NCBI GenBank assembly: GCA_964595665.1
Contig: CAZQQS010000001.1
Coordinates: 138-64,137, forward strand
Source: an uncultured archaeon
GTDB taxonomy: Archaea > Iainarchaeota > Iainarchaeia > Iainarchaeales > 0-14-0-20-30-16
Direction of reading: 5' to 3'
DNA length: 64,000 nt
This document shows, one piece after another, positions 1 to 9,511 of the stretch. The notes under the pieces are model-generated. The model was given only the letters and a program-made list of their open reading frames with translations. It was not told where the DNA came from and ran no database searches. Both the position numbers and the translations under genes were made by a program. The number at the start of each line of letters is the position of its first letter. Position 1 is the stretch's first letter.

Positions 1-85
1 GTAGGATCTGGATTTAGAGGTGTAGTTTTGAGAAGTTAATATAAACTTTTATATTAGATATATATTCAGAGGGATGTGATTAATT

Positions 86-3000
86 TTGGTTGAAGATTTA
101 AATTTGAATTTTGGTGAAAAAGTTGTTGAGAATAAACCTTTTCCAAAGAAGATATTAATTATATGTATTGCTGCATTTTTAGTAGTATTAACTGGTATTT
201 TGTTATTTGTTTTTGCATTTCCACATAAAACAAATGTAGATTTTGATTTTTATTTAAATAATAATAAAGTAAATGAAGATTTAACTGTATTATTTAGTTA
301 TGATGATAAAAATTTTGAAGTAAAAACAGTTAAAGATAAGTTAACTGTGAGTTTGCCTAAAAATAAAGACGTTTCTTTAGAAGTTTTAACTATTGGATAT
401 CAATATAAAAAGAGTTTTTTTATAGATGGTAGTAAATATGATATAAAAATTAATAAAGCAACAAGCATTGCTGAATTAGAAGGGGAACAGGAAATAGTTC
501 AATTTTATATTTATAAATATCCAAATACTACTCAAATATATAATAAAGATTTAATTTTTAACTTGACTTGTAATACTTCAAAAAAAACGGATATGGTTAA
601 AGTAAATGGCTCTTATTCATATACTAAACCAGATGATTGTGGAAGTTTATCGGTAAAATTAGTATCTGATGAGTTTAAACCTATAAATCAAACTTGTGGA
701 TCATTATGTAAAATTATCTTGTATGATTTTGTTGATGTGTCTTTAAATACTAAAGTTAATGATTACCGAAATAATATTTTGGTATTTGCGAAACAAAAAG
801 GAAAATCTGCTTTAGAAGATGTAACTGTTTCATTATATAAAGAGAATATTTTTGTAATTGATGGTTTAACGGATAAAGATGGATTAATTTATTTTACAAA
901 TTTATTGGTTGGAGATTATAAAATTGTTGGAAATTATAAAAAAGGATCAAAAAATTATCAAGCTATTCAAAATGTTAAATTAGAAAATTTAGAAAAAGAT
1001 TTAAATGTTAATTTAGAATTTAAAATAAGTTCTGGGTCTGGGAGTTCTGGAAGTTCAGGAAGTTCATCTACTAAAATTTTAGAAGATAATACTCATAAAA
1101 TATTAATTAAAACATATGACGACTATAATATTCCTTTTAGATATCAAATATATGCTGGTAAAGATCTTGTTGCAGAAGATGTTAATATAACTCCTTTTGC
1201 AACCGTAGATTTAGAGGATGGTAATTATTATATAACTATAATTCCTGAAATTAATAAAGATTTTAATAAAAATTACAACCCAGTTTTTTTAGAAGAAATT
1301 AATTTGGATTCTGATAAAACTATATCTTTAAGAAAATTAGATTTAAATTCAAATGTATTTTTATCTTTACCAACATATTTGGATTCTGATAAAAATACCA
1401 AATATAAAACCTTACAATATGGTGTTGATTTAAAAATTTATGACTTTGATAGTAATGTTATAATTTATGATTATGTTAATGTAACTGATGAAATTCACAA
1501 GTTTATTTTGGATAAATCTAAAAAATATATTATAAAAGCTGAGAAAAATAATTATTATAAAAGTGATATTTATGAGTTTAAAAATTGTAAGACTAATGAT
1601 TATGGCGTTTGTATTGATTCTTTAAGTATTTATTTAGAAAATAAATATTTGGAATTGCCAGTAAAGGTTTATTTTAAAAATATCCTAGTAAAGGATTATA
1701 ATTTATATTATTCTACAGACAATGAGCTTTGGTTAGAGTATAAAGATGTAAATCTTAACTATAATGTGCCCTATTATTTTAAAGTTAATGCTTTTACATC
1801 TATTGGTAAACGTATGAAGAAAATACATTATTATTCAGCACCATTAACTTTTAGGAAAAATGATTCGATATTGAATATTTTCTTAGATTATGAAAAAGAT
1901 AATTTTAAATTTTTAAATCCATTAATTAATTTAGGTCAGAGTGTTGAAGGTAATTTCTTTTTAGATGATAAACTTACTAAAAAAATATCTAATAATCTAA
2001 ACATATTTAGAAAATATTATTTGCCAATAAATATGTATGCTAATAATACCCAATCTTATTATGTTGATTTTAATAATGTTGATGTATATTTAGATTCGGA
2101 GTCACTTAATACTTCTTCCATATCTAATTTGGAATCTTTAGTTGCGAATAATGATTTAGGGGATATAAATGCAAAACAAAAAATACCTGGCTCTCAAAAA
2201 TATTATGAAGTTATTTATATAAAACAATATATTTATGAAGTTATTCCTCAAGGATCGGATTCGGGTTTTTTATCTTTGAATAAAAATTTGCGCCCAATAA
2301 TAGATAATAATTATTATGCGAGAGTTGATTTTAATATTTTAGCACCATTGGAAAATATTTTAGATTTGAATTATAATTTAAATAAAGTAGTGAATAAAGA
2401 TTTTTACTTATTTAATAATGAAATATTGCAAGGTGTTGATCTTTACTCTTCAGTTTTAGAATTATATCCAAAATATAGGTCTAAATTTACAAATTATATT
2501 TATTTGGATTCTAATGTAAAAGATCAAGATTTTAATATTGATTTATCTTTGTATATTCCTAAAAAATATTTTAATTGTAAAATCTTATCTGAAAACTATT
2601 TTAAAATAAATTTGTTTAATAATAATTTTAAAATAATTGATGATTATTTGAATTTGAAAGTAGATTTAAATTTAGATTATTTTAAACATATATCAAAACC
2701 TATAGAATACTCAAATAATTTGAGTTTAAATTTAGATTGTGATTATTTTGTTTCAACCCCTATGCCAAAACGAAGTGTTAAAGATAATATGTCTTTACAA
2801 TCAATAGATTTATTTAAAGCAATAAATTTTGTAAATAGTTTTCAAAAATTACCTGCTATAAATTTGTTAAATAGAGGCGTGAATTTGGAGAATTTAAGTT
2901 CTAGTTCAAAAGGATCTGTGAAAAGAAGTACATCGAGTGTTAGTAATCCAGATTTAAATGTGGTAATTCCATTAACATTTTATATTGTAGATGACTCTGC

Positions 3001-3370
3001 ATTTTACAATGAATTATTAGGTTGTTTTAATATATCTTTAAATGGTAATAATTATTTGGAATATATGTTATGCTCTTCGGCATTAGATAATTTAATTTTA
3101 GAAGATGTTAATGTAAGCGTAAGTAATAATTGTAAGGGTTCTAGATTGTATGTGAATGATAGTTATATTGATGAAACTTATATTGAGGATTTAAAAGGCG
3201 CTTGTAATGCATATACCTGTGCTGTAAAAATAAATTACTTAGGGAAAGATTTTGAATGGAAATTTAGAACTTATTCTCAAGATGCTTCTTATATCTCAGT
3301 AGATTATATCCCAGTAGATGATAATTTTTTGCCTAGAGATATAGCACTTCCTAAAGCAAATATAAACTAA
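86..3370 (+). CDS. large cell-surface protein (N-terminal signal-anchor TM helix, Ser/Gly linker, N-rich ectodomain with many N-x-S/T sequons; S-layer/adhesin-like)
   Basis: 1094-aa ORF; hydrophobic helix at aa 21-45; SSGSGSSGSSGSSS linker; no recognisable enzymatic motif. Confidence 0.45.
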   Translation: MVEDLNLNFGEKVVENKPFPKKILIICIAAFLVVLTGILLFVFAFPHKTNVDFDFYLNNNKVNEDLTVLFSYDDKNFEVKTVKDKLTVSLPKNKDVSLEVLTIGYQYKKSFFIDGSKYDIKINKATSIAELEGEQEIVQFYIYKYPNTTQIYNKDLIFNLTCNTSKKTDMVKVNGSYSYTKPDDCGSLSVKLVSDEFKPINQTCGSLCKIILYDFVDVSLNTKVNDYRNNILVFAKQKGKSALEDVTVSLYKENIFVIDGLTDKDGLIYFTNLLVGDYKIVGNYKKGSKNYQAIQNVKLENLEKDLNVNLEFKISSGSGSSGSSGSSSTKILEDNTHKILIKTYDDYNIPFRYQIYAGKDLVAEDVNITPFATVDLEDGNYYITIIPEINKDFNKNYNPVFLEEINLDSDKTISLRKLDLNSNVFLSLPTYLDSDKNTKYKTLQYGVDLKIYDFDSNVIIYDYVNVTDEIHKFILDKSKKYIIKAEKNNYYKSDIYEFKNCKTNDYGVCIDSLSIYLENKYLELPVKVYFKNILVKDYNLYYSTDNELWLEYKDVNLNYNVPYYFKVNAFTSIGKRMKKIHYYSAPLTFRKNDSILNIFLDYEKDNFKFLNPLINLGQSVEGNFFLDDKLTKKISNNLNIFRKYYLPINMYANNTQSYYVDFNNVDVYLDSESLNTSSISNLESLVANNDLGDINAKQKIPGSQKYYEVIYIKQYIYEVIPQGSDSGFLSLNKNLRPIIDNNYYARVDFNILAPLENILDLNYNLNKVVNKDFYLFNNEILQGVDLYSSVLELYPKYRSKFTNYIYLDSNVKDQDFNIDLSLYIPKKYFNCKILSENYFKINLFNNNFKIIDDYLNLKVDLNLDYFKHISKPIEYSNNLSLNLDCDYFVSTPMPKRSVKDNMSLQSIDLFKAINFVNSFQKLPAINLLNRGVNLENLSSSSKGSVKRSTSSVSNPDLNVVIPLTFYIVDDSAFYNELLGCFNISLNGNNYLEYMLCSSALDNLILEDVNVSVSNNCKGSRLYVNDSYIDETYIEDLKGACNAYTCAVKINYLGKDFEWKFRTYSQDASYISVDYIPVDDNFLPRDIALPKANIN
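1915..1949 (+). repeat. 35-bp exact repeat, copy 1 (inside surface-protein gene); copy 2 at 13693-13727
   Basis: AAATCCATTAATTAATTTAGGTCAGAGTGTTGAAG identical at both loci; encodes NPLINLGQSVE in both ORFs. Confidence 0.7.
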
Positions 3371-3425
3371 TATTAATTGATTTAATTGCTTCTGGCAATT
3401 AATCTTTTTTTATTTTAATTACTTC

Positions 3426-4709
3426 TTGGTAAATGAATTTGCCAAGAAGGGGGTTGTTTTGGTAAATGAATTTGCCAAAACGCTTATAAACCCTTTGTTT
3501 GTATATATAATTATGGGTTTTATAGAGAATTTGCTGTCTATTAGTAATGAAGCTAAATTGAAGGCTTCTAAATATATAAAAAAAAGGTTTATTTTTGAGA
3601 ATGTAAAGAAAATTAATAAATCAAACTTATTTGTAGGTATTGCTGGTTTAAGAGGTGTTGGGAAAACTATTTTATTATTACAATTAGCATTAGAAAATAA
3701 AGATAGTATATATATTAGTTTAGATTTATTAAAAGAAAAATTTGATTTGTATGAATTAGTTAAAGAGTTAAATCAGAAATATGGTTTAAAATATTTTTAT
3801 TTGGATGAAATCCATAATTATTTAGCTTGGCAACAAGATTTAAAGAAGATATATGAGTTGTTAAAAGTAAAATTAGTATTTACATCTTCAATTGCAATAG
3901 AAGTTATTGAGAGCAAATATGATTTGAGTAGAAGAGTAAATATTGTTAAAATGTATCCTTTTTCATTTAAAGAGTTTTTGTATTTCAAAATAAATGAAAA
4001 TATTGATTTAGATTTTAAAAAAATATTCGATTATGATTCTAATAAGATTTTGATATATCAAGCTTATTATCAAGAATATATTTCTGGTGGTTCATTGCCT
4101 GCAAGTTTTGAATCGGAGTCAGGAATAATAATCCCAAATATTTTAGATAAAATAATTCATAAAGATTTGGTAGCAATTAAAAAATTAGGTCAAGAAGATA
4201 TTTTTAATCTCAATCAAATGTTAAAATATATTGCTGGTAATCCTATTGAAATAATAGGATATTCAAATATTTCTAAAAACCTAGGTATTAGTAAGTATAA
4301 AGTACAACAATATTTAGAACACTTAGAAAAAGCATTTGTTATAAATATAATTTTTCCTAACACTAGAAATGTTTTAAAAGAGCCAAAGATTTTGTTTTCT
4401 TTACCTTTTAGATATTTTTTAGCAAAAGATTCAAATGAAGATTTTGTTGTTGGCGCTTTAAGAGAAGATTTTTTTGTTTTTCAAAATGTAATAAAATCTA
4501 ATAAAATATATTATTTAAAAGATAAGAAGGGTAAAAAATTACCAGATTATTTGGTGGTTATAAACAATGAAAAATATATTTTTGAAATTGGTGGGAAAAA
4601 TAAAAGTAATAAGCAAATTGTAGAGGTGTCTAATAAAATAAAATCTTATTTAGTTCAGAATCCATTGGGTAGAGATGATGCATTGCCATTAATTGCATTT
4701 GGGTTTTAA
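3426..4709 (+). CDS. AAA+ ATPase of the COG1373 (AAA_14 + DUF4143) family
   Basis: Walker A GIAGLRGVGKT, Walker B-like LDEIHN; TTG start; 20-bp direct repeat at 5' end makes the true start ambiguous. Confidence 0.6.
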   Translation: MVNEFAKKGVVLVNEFAKTLINPLFVYIIMGFIENLLSISNEAKLKASKYIKKRFIFENVKKINKSNLFVGIAGLRGVGKTILLLQLALENKDSIYISLDLLKEKFDLYELVKELNQKYGLKYFYLDEIHNYLAWQQDLKKIYELLKVKLVFTSSIAIEVIESKYDLSRRVNIVKMYPFSFKEFLYFKINENIDLDFKKIFDYDSNKILIYQAYYQEYISGGSLPASFESESGIIIPNILDKIIHKDLVAIKKLGQEDIFNLNQMLKYIAGNPIEIIGYSNISKNLGISKYKVQQYLEHLEKAFVINIIFPNTRNVLKEPKILFSLPFRYFLAKDSNEDFVVGALREDFFVFQNVIKSNKIYYLKDKKGKKLPDYLVVINNEKYIFEIGGKNKSNKQIVEVSNKIKSYLVQNPLGRDDALPLIAFGF

Positions 4710-4747
4710 TTACCGAAATGTATTTATATATATAAGTAATATGTTTT

Positions 4748-5104
4748 ATGATTAGTATGTTTGATATTATGCAATTGTTTTTGGGAGAGTTTTTTTCAGA
4801 TATGGGGTTCATATTGAGAATTTTCTTATTAGTTGCGGTTTTAGGATTCATAAATCAACATATTGAGAATAAAATACTAAAAACAGTAGTTGCAATTTTT
4901 ATGCTTTATATTACGGTATTTATAGACTGGAAAGTTTATGGAATATTGTATTTTGTATATGCAATATTGGGAATGGGAGTTTCAAGTATTGTAGTTGATT
5001 ATTTCTTTATGAGTAATATGAGTGGTGGACACGAAGCTCCACAAGCCCCAGATCCAATGACTCAAGCTATGGGTGCTATGGGAAAAAGACCTGGAAAGTT
5101 TTAG
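4748..5104 (+). CDS. small 3-TM membrane protein, paralogous array member 1 (Gly/Ala/Met/Pro-rich C-tail)
   Basis: hydrophobicity pattern; tightly packed same-strand array; no family recognised. Confidence 0.4.
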   Translation: MISMFDIMQLFLGEFFSDMGFILRIFLLVAVLGFINQHIENKILKTVVAIFMLYITVFIDWKVYGILYFVYAILGMGVSSIVVDYFFMSNMSGGHEAPQAPDPMTQAMGAMGKRPGKF

Positions 5105-5112
5105 GTGATTAA

Positions 5113-5457
5113 ATGAATGATAAAGGGGTAGTATTATATATTTTAGGAGTTGCTTTCCTAATAGTTTTTGTTATGCCTTTTTTATTAATGCATTTCTACT
5201 CTATGAGTAAGATTTTATTTCAGGTTATTTTGGTATTCTCAATTATAGGATATGTAAGACAAATGGGCTTAGATGGCGCTTTAATGTGGATTGTCTCAGG
5301 AGTATTAATATATTTTATTGTGTTTAAATATATAACATTATTTACAAGTTTGTATGTATTAATGTTATTAATGGGCTTTGGTTTTACATCTGCAATTATG
5401 TGGGGAAGTAATACTTTGAAAACAAAAATAATGAGTATGAAAGCAAAACATGCTTAA
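5113..5457 (+). CDS. small 3-TM membrane protein, array member 2
   Basis: SD GGTGA 6 nt upstream; TM pattern similar to neighbours. Confidence 0.4.
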   Translation: MNDKGVVLYILGVAFLIVFVMPFLLMHFYSMSKILFQVILVFSIIGYVRQMGLDGALMWIVSGVLIYFIVFKYITLFTSLYVLMLLMGFGFTSAIMWGSNTLKTKIMSMKAKHA

Positions 5458-5468
5458 GGGGTAATTAA

Positions 5469-5711
5469 ATGAATACAATGCTATTAGAGGTAGTTTTAGG
5501 AACAATTTCCGGGGATATTTGGTTTGGATTATTTTTATTTTTGGCTGTAATGGTTTATGCCTGGTCTAAAAAAGAGTTGGGAGATCCTAAAATAGCTATT
5601 ATTTTTGTATTAATTTTAGCAGTAATTGTATTGAATCATACAGAGTTTGTGTGGGTTATTATAGGTGCATATCTGTTTATAACTTATGGAAAGCAGATAT
5701 TTAAGGTGTAA
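5469..5711 (+). CDS. small 2-3-TM membrane protein, array member 3
   Basis: hydrophobic, same spacing pattern (TM-W-TM...G). Confidence 0.4.
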   Translation: MNTMLLEVVLGTISGDIWFGLFLFLAVMVYAWSKKELGDPKIAIIFVLILAVIVLNHTEFVWVIIGAYLFITYGKQIFKV

Positions 5712-5713
5712 AT

Positions 5714-6049
5714 ATGGATTTGTTTACCTTTGCGATATCTTTATTAATCATGTTAGTTAGTTTTGAGTATAATTATACTTGGTTAGCAGTATTAATAGGA
5801 ATAGTTTTAATATTTATGGGTAAGCAAAAGAGTATATTTATAATTGTTTTGATCTTATTAATAATATTATTCTTTATAAAAGGAACCCCATATGAGAGTT
5901 ATAATGTATGGGTAGTAGTATTAGCTATAGGGATATATTTATTGTTAAATAGAAAGGAACAAGGTTCTTCCGATACATATAATCCAGAAGATCAGTATGG
6001 TGATCTTTTAAAAGGATTAGGTGGAGGAGCTGGATTAGGTGGAATGTAA
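5714..6049 (+). CDS. small 3-TM membrane protein, array member 4 (Gly-rich C-tail LKGLGGGAGLGGM)
   Basis: hydrophobic; 2-nt spacer to previous gene. Confidence 0.4.
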   Translation: MDLFTFAISLLIMLVSFEYNYTWLAVLIGIVLIFMGKQKSIFIIVLILLIILFFIKGTPYESYNVWVVVLAIGIYLLLNRKEQGSSDTYNPEDQYGDLLKGLGGGAGLGGM

Positions 6050-6394
6050 GTGAAATTTGTATTTTTTATAATTGGATTAGTAGTAATGTTAGGAGCTATG
6101 TCAAATCCTAGTTTATTATATGTTGGTTTAGTTATAATGGCTTTATCTTTCTTATTTTCAACTAGTAATGAAAAATCTATTACTAAAATTGAAGATAGAG
6201 TATCAATTATAGATAAATTAGATAAAGTAAACTTTAATGTTTCTGATAACGCTATATCTAATTTGGTTGAAGATGCTATGGCAGTTACTGCAAAAATAAC
6301 TAAAGGCGCTAAACCAGATATCAGTGCTAAAAATGTTGCTGTAGGAACAATAAAAATGGTAGATAATGTAGGTTCTGTTTTTAAAAGTAAATAG
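6050..6394 (+). CDS. small secreted/membrane-anchored protein with N-terminal signal peptide-like helix, array member 5
   Basis: N-terminal hydrophobic segment followed by a soluble K/D-rich domain. Confidence 0.35.
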   Translation: MKFVFFIIGLVVMLGAMSNPSLLYVGLVIMALSFLFSTSNEKSITKIEDRVSIIDKLDKVNFNVSDNAISNLVEDAMAVTAKITKGAKPDISAKNVAVGTIKMVDNVGSVFKSK

Positions 6395-6412
6395 TTTTTA
6401 GATTTTAAGTTT

Positions 6413-7093
6413 TTATTTTGGTTTTTTTATTTTTGGCATAATCCTTCTAACTGGCTTAGGTCTTATAGTTTGTTTTAAAGATTTTCTTATATGAACATAT
6501 CTTTCAAATAAATCATTTATTACTCTTTGAGGTAAATCTCTTTGTTTAGCTAATTCTAATTGTTTATTTAATTCTGAAAGTTCATATAATAATACAAGTT
6601 CTCTTGCTTTTCTAGGATTTATGTTTTTTTGCCTAATAAGTTCTTTTAACAGTTTATCAGTAGCTATTTCTGTATGGCTTCCAGTAGAAGTTAACTCTTC
6701 CAATGCTTTGATTTGCTCAGAAGTTAATTGTCTTCCAACATTATTATTTATTGAATTATTTATAGTTTCAAAAAATGTTTGAAAATCAGATATTGGTTTT
6801 CTAAGAAAAGTCAATCCAGGAATATCAATTTTAGGATTATCTTGCCCAGATACAACTAATATTGGAGTTTTTCTTGCCAAAGATCATTCTAAAAAGTGTT
6901 TAATTAATTTAGGATTATATCCTTTAAAATTAGCATCACTTAAAACTAAATCAAAACTTTATCTTTCAAATATCTCTAATGCATCTTTTGGATTATCACA
7001 TAAAACGATTTCATGATGGGTATAATTAGCAAACAAATCTTCATAAAATTGTAATAATGATTTATTATCATCAACTATTAATATTTTTGCCAT
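6413..7093 (-). pseudogene. CheY-like response regulator (receiver + ~110-aa C-terminal domain) interrupted by two in-frame stops (TAA at 6959-6961, TGA at 6884-6886)
   Basis: Translating the minus strand from ATG 7093 gives MAKILIVDDNKSLLQFYEDLF...DALEIFER*SFDLVLSDANFKGYNPKLIKHFLE*SLARKTPILVVSGQ with no frameshift. The standard code is used elsewhere, since r-protein genes end in TAA/TGA/TAG. Confidence 0.5.
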
Positions 7094-7095
7094 TT

Positions 7096-8331
7096 TTACA
7101 CCAATTTAATTATTTCTTTTGCTAATTTATTAGAATCGTGTCTAACTATATTTTTATTGTTAATAACATTTTTTTTTATAAATTTATAATTATTTTCTTT
7201 TATAGGTTCAATAAATTCTTTATTTTCTTTTAAATAATTTTTAATTATTCTTGCAGAAGGTTTTTTATTATTAAATAAAACATAATCTAATTTAATATAT
7301 TTTTCTATCCAGTTAACATAATCTTCAGCTTTAAAATTATAACTTTCAGGATATTTTGTAAAAGTATTACAAACATATATTCTCTTAGCTTTACTTTTAT
7401 TTATTAATTCAGACAAATTATCTACTAATAAATTTGGAATTATAGAACTAAATAAATCTCCTGGGCCTATTACTATAATATCTGCATTTTTAATTTGTTT
7501 TGGTATATCTAAATTTAATTTAACTTTTTTAGATAAATATATTTTTTTTATTCCTAAAGCCTTTTTATCAATATTAGTTTCACCATATATTTTAGAATTA
7601 TCATTTAATATAGCTATTAATTCACATTTATCATAAGTTACAGGAAAAACATTTCCTCTGATTCTTAATAAATCTGAGAATTGAGATATTGCTTCTTTTA
7701 ATCCTAAATCTTCAGTTAATTTTGTTAATACTAAGTTTCCTATAGGGTGATTTTTAAAATTACTTTTATGAAATCTTAATTTGAAAATATTAGTTTGTTT
7801 TTCATTTAAAGTAGATAATGCTAAAATAGAATTTCTTAAATCTCCTGGAGGCAATATTCCAAATTCTGTTTTTAATATTTGGCTTGAACCTCCAGAATCC
7901 ATTGTAGTAACTATTGCAGATATATTAGAAGTATAATTTTTTAATCCATATAATGATGTATATTGGCCTGTACCTCCGCCAATAGTAATAATTTTAGGAC
8001 CTTTTGCTAATTTAGCTTCTAAAAATGTTTTTTCAAATAATTTTTCATTATACTTAGAAAAATATTTGTAGATTTTATAAATTGAATAAATTATTATGCC
8101 CAAAGCTAAAATAAAAATTATAAAGGCAATAAATGCTTTGGTAGAAGTATTAAAGTTTAATATTGCTAAAAACTTAATACTTAAAAAAGAAATGAGTTTT
8201 GCCAAATAGGTATAAAAACCTATAATTATGGAGATAAATAGAATTATTAACCCAAACAAGATTGTAAAAATCCAAAATCTTAAATTATGGGCTAAAAATA
8301 AAGCTTTTTTAATTTGTTCTATTTTTGCCAT
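7096..8331 (-). CDS. CofD/YvcK-family protein (UPF0052, 2-phospho-L-lactate transferase-like) with ~110-aa N-terminal membrane domain
   Basis: ITIGGGTG and DSGGSS motifs; two N-terminal TM helices. Confidence 0.55.
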   Translation of the reverse strand: MAKIEQIKKALFLAHNLRFWIFTILFGLIILFISIIIGFYTYLAKLISFLSIKFLAILNFNTSTKAFIAFIIFILALGIIIYSIYKIYKYFSKYNEKLFEKTFLEAKLAKGPKIITIGGGTGQYTSLYGLKNYTSNISAIVTTMDSGGSSQILKTEFGILPPGDLRNSILALSTLNEKQTNIFKLRFHKSNFKNHPIGNLVLTKLTEDLGLKEAISQFSDLLRIRGNVFPVTYDKCELIAILNDNSKIYGETNIDKKALGIKKIYLSKKVKLNLDIPKQIKNADIIVIGPGDLFSSIIPNLLVDNLSELINKSKAKRIYVCNTFTKYPESYNFKAEDYVNWIEKYIKLDYVLFNNKKPSARIIKNYLKENKEFIEPIKENNYKFIKKNVINNKNIVRHDSNKLAKEIIKLV

Positions 8332-8397
8332 GTTAAATTTAAGTTTAAAGGTATATAAATATTATTGTTATTATTATATACAACATTGTGATAGATT

Positions 8398-9507
8398 ATG
8401 GTTACTAATTTTGATTATGAGTATGCTAAAGCATTAAAACAATATGAGGACGCTAAAACCTTACAGGATAAGGTTAAAGCATTGGAATTAATGCAAAGCA
8501 CAGCACCAAGCCATAAAGGTGCTGAGAACTTAAGAGCCGATATTGCTTCTAAGTTATCTAAAATGCGAGTGAAAGCAGATTCTCAAAGACAATTAAAAGG
8601 AGCTGGAAAATCATTAAAATTCTCTAAAGATGGAGCGGCAACTATAATTGTTATTGGTTTGCCAAATGCTGGAAAAAGCACTTTATTAACTAAATTAACT
8701 AATGCTACACCTAAAATAAGTGAATATGAATTTACAACTCAAAATCCAGAATTAGGAGTAATGGACTATTTAGGGGCTAAAATTCAAATGGTAGAATTAC
8801 CAGCAATTGTAAAAAATAGTTATAAAGGCAAAGCAAGAGGAAAAGAAGTTTTAAGTTTAATTAGAAATGGAGATTTGGTTGCGATTGTTTTTTTTGGAGA
8901 TTTAGCTGTAGCACAATACTCATTAAACATAATTTTAGAAGAATTAGATAAATCAGGAATTATAATAAATAAAAAAAGACCTGAAATAAATGTTAAAAAA
9001 ACTGGACAAGAAGGTATAGAAATAGTAAATGAGAAAAATGTTATTGAAGGAAAAGAAAATTTATTAGAATTATTGCAAAAAGAAGGGGTATCTCACGTAA
9101 CTATTAGAGTTGAAGAAAAAGCACATGCTTCAGATATTGTAGAAGCTATGGATATTACAAAATCTTATAAAACAGTTGTTGGAATATGGTTAGATGGTGT
9201 TAAAGATTTTAAGTATAAAGGTGTAAATGTATATGCTTTTAATAATAAATTAAAAGAAAAATTGTATAAGGATTTAGATTTGATTATTATTTATACAAGA
9301 AAACCTGGTGAAAAGAATTTAGATAATGTTCCTGTTGCTTTAAAACGAAATGCAAACATTAAAGATTTGTGCAATATTTTGCATAATGATTTTATTAGTA
9401 AATTTAAATTTGCTAAAGTTTGGGGTTCAACAAAATATGCTGGGCAACAAGTGTCTCAAGATTATATTTTAAAAGATAAAGATATAGTTGAAATATATGT
9501 GAAGTGA
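8398..9507 (+). CDS. DRG/Obg-family ribosome-associated GTPase with C-terminal TGS domain
   Basis: G1 GLPNAGKSTLL, G3 ELPAIV, N-terminal coiled region typical of DRG. Confidence 0.7.
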   Translation: MVTNFDYEYAKALKQYEDAKTLQDKVKALELMQSTAPSHKGAENLRADIASKLSKMRVKADSQRQLKGAGKSLKFSKDGAATIIVIGLPNAGKSTLLTKLTNATPKISEYEFTTQNPELGVMDYLGAKIQMVELPAIVKNSYKGKARGKEVLSLIRNGDLVAIVFFGDLAVAQYSLNIILEELDKSGIIINKKRPEINVKKTGQEGIEIVNEKNVIEGKENLLELLQKEGVSHVTIRVEEKAHASDIVEAMDITKSYKTVVGIWLDGVKDFKYKGVNVYAFNNKLKEKLYKDLDLIIIYTRKPGEKNLDNVPVALKRNANIKDLCNILHNDFISKFKFAKVWGSTKYAGQQVSQDYILKDKDIVEIYVK

Positions 9508-9511
9508 TTTT

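Noticed and set aside
1021-1075. Ser/Gly trinucleotide-like repeat (AGTTCTGG...) as a possible CRISPR or satellite repeat
   Set aside because: Short, in-frame, encodes a flexible SSGSGSSG linker inside a large ORF; no spacer-repeat periodicity.
6884-6961. Stop-codon reassignment (alternative genetic code) as explanation for in-frame TAA/TGA in the response regulator
   Set aside because: Dozens of conserved genes in the window terminate precisely at TAA, TGA or TAG with correct protein ends, so the standard code applies; the gene is more simply a pseudogene.
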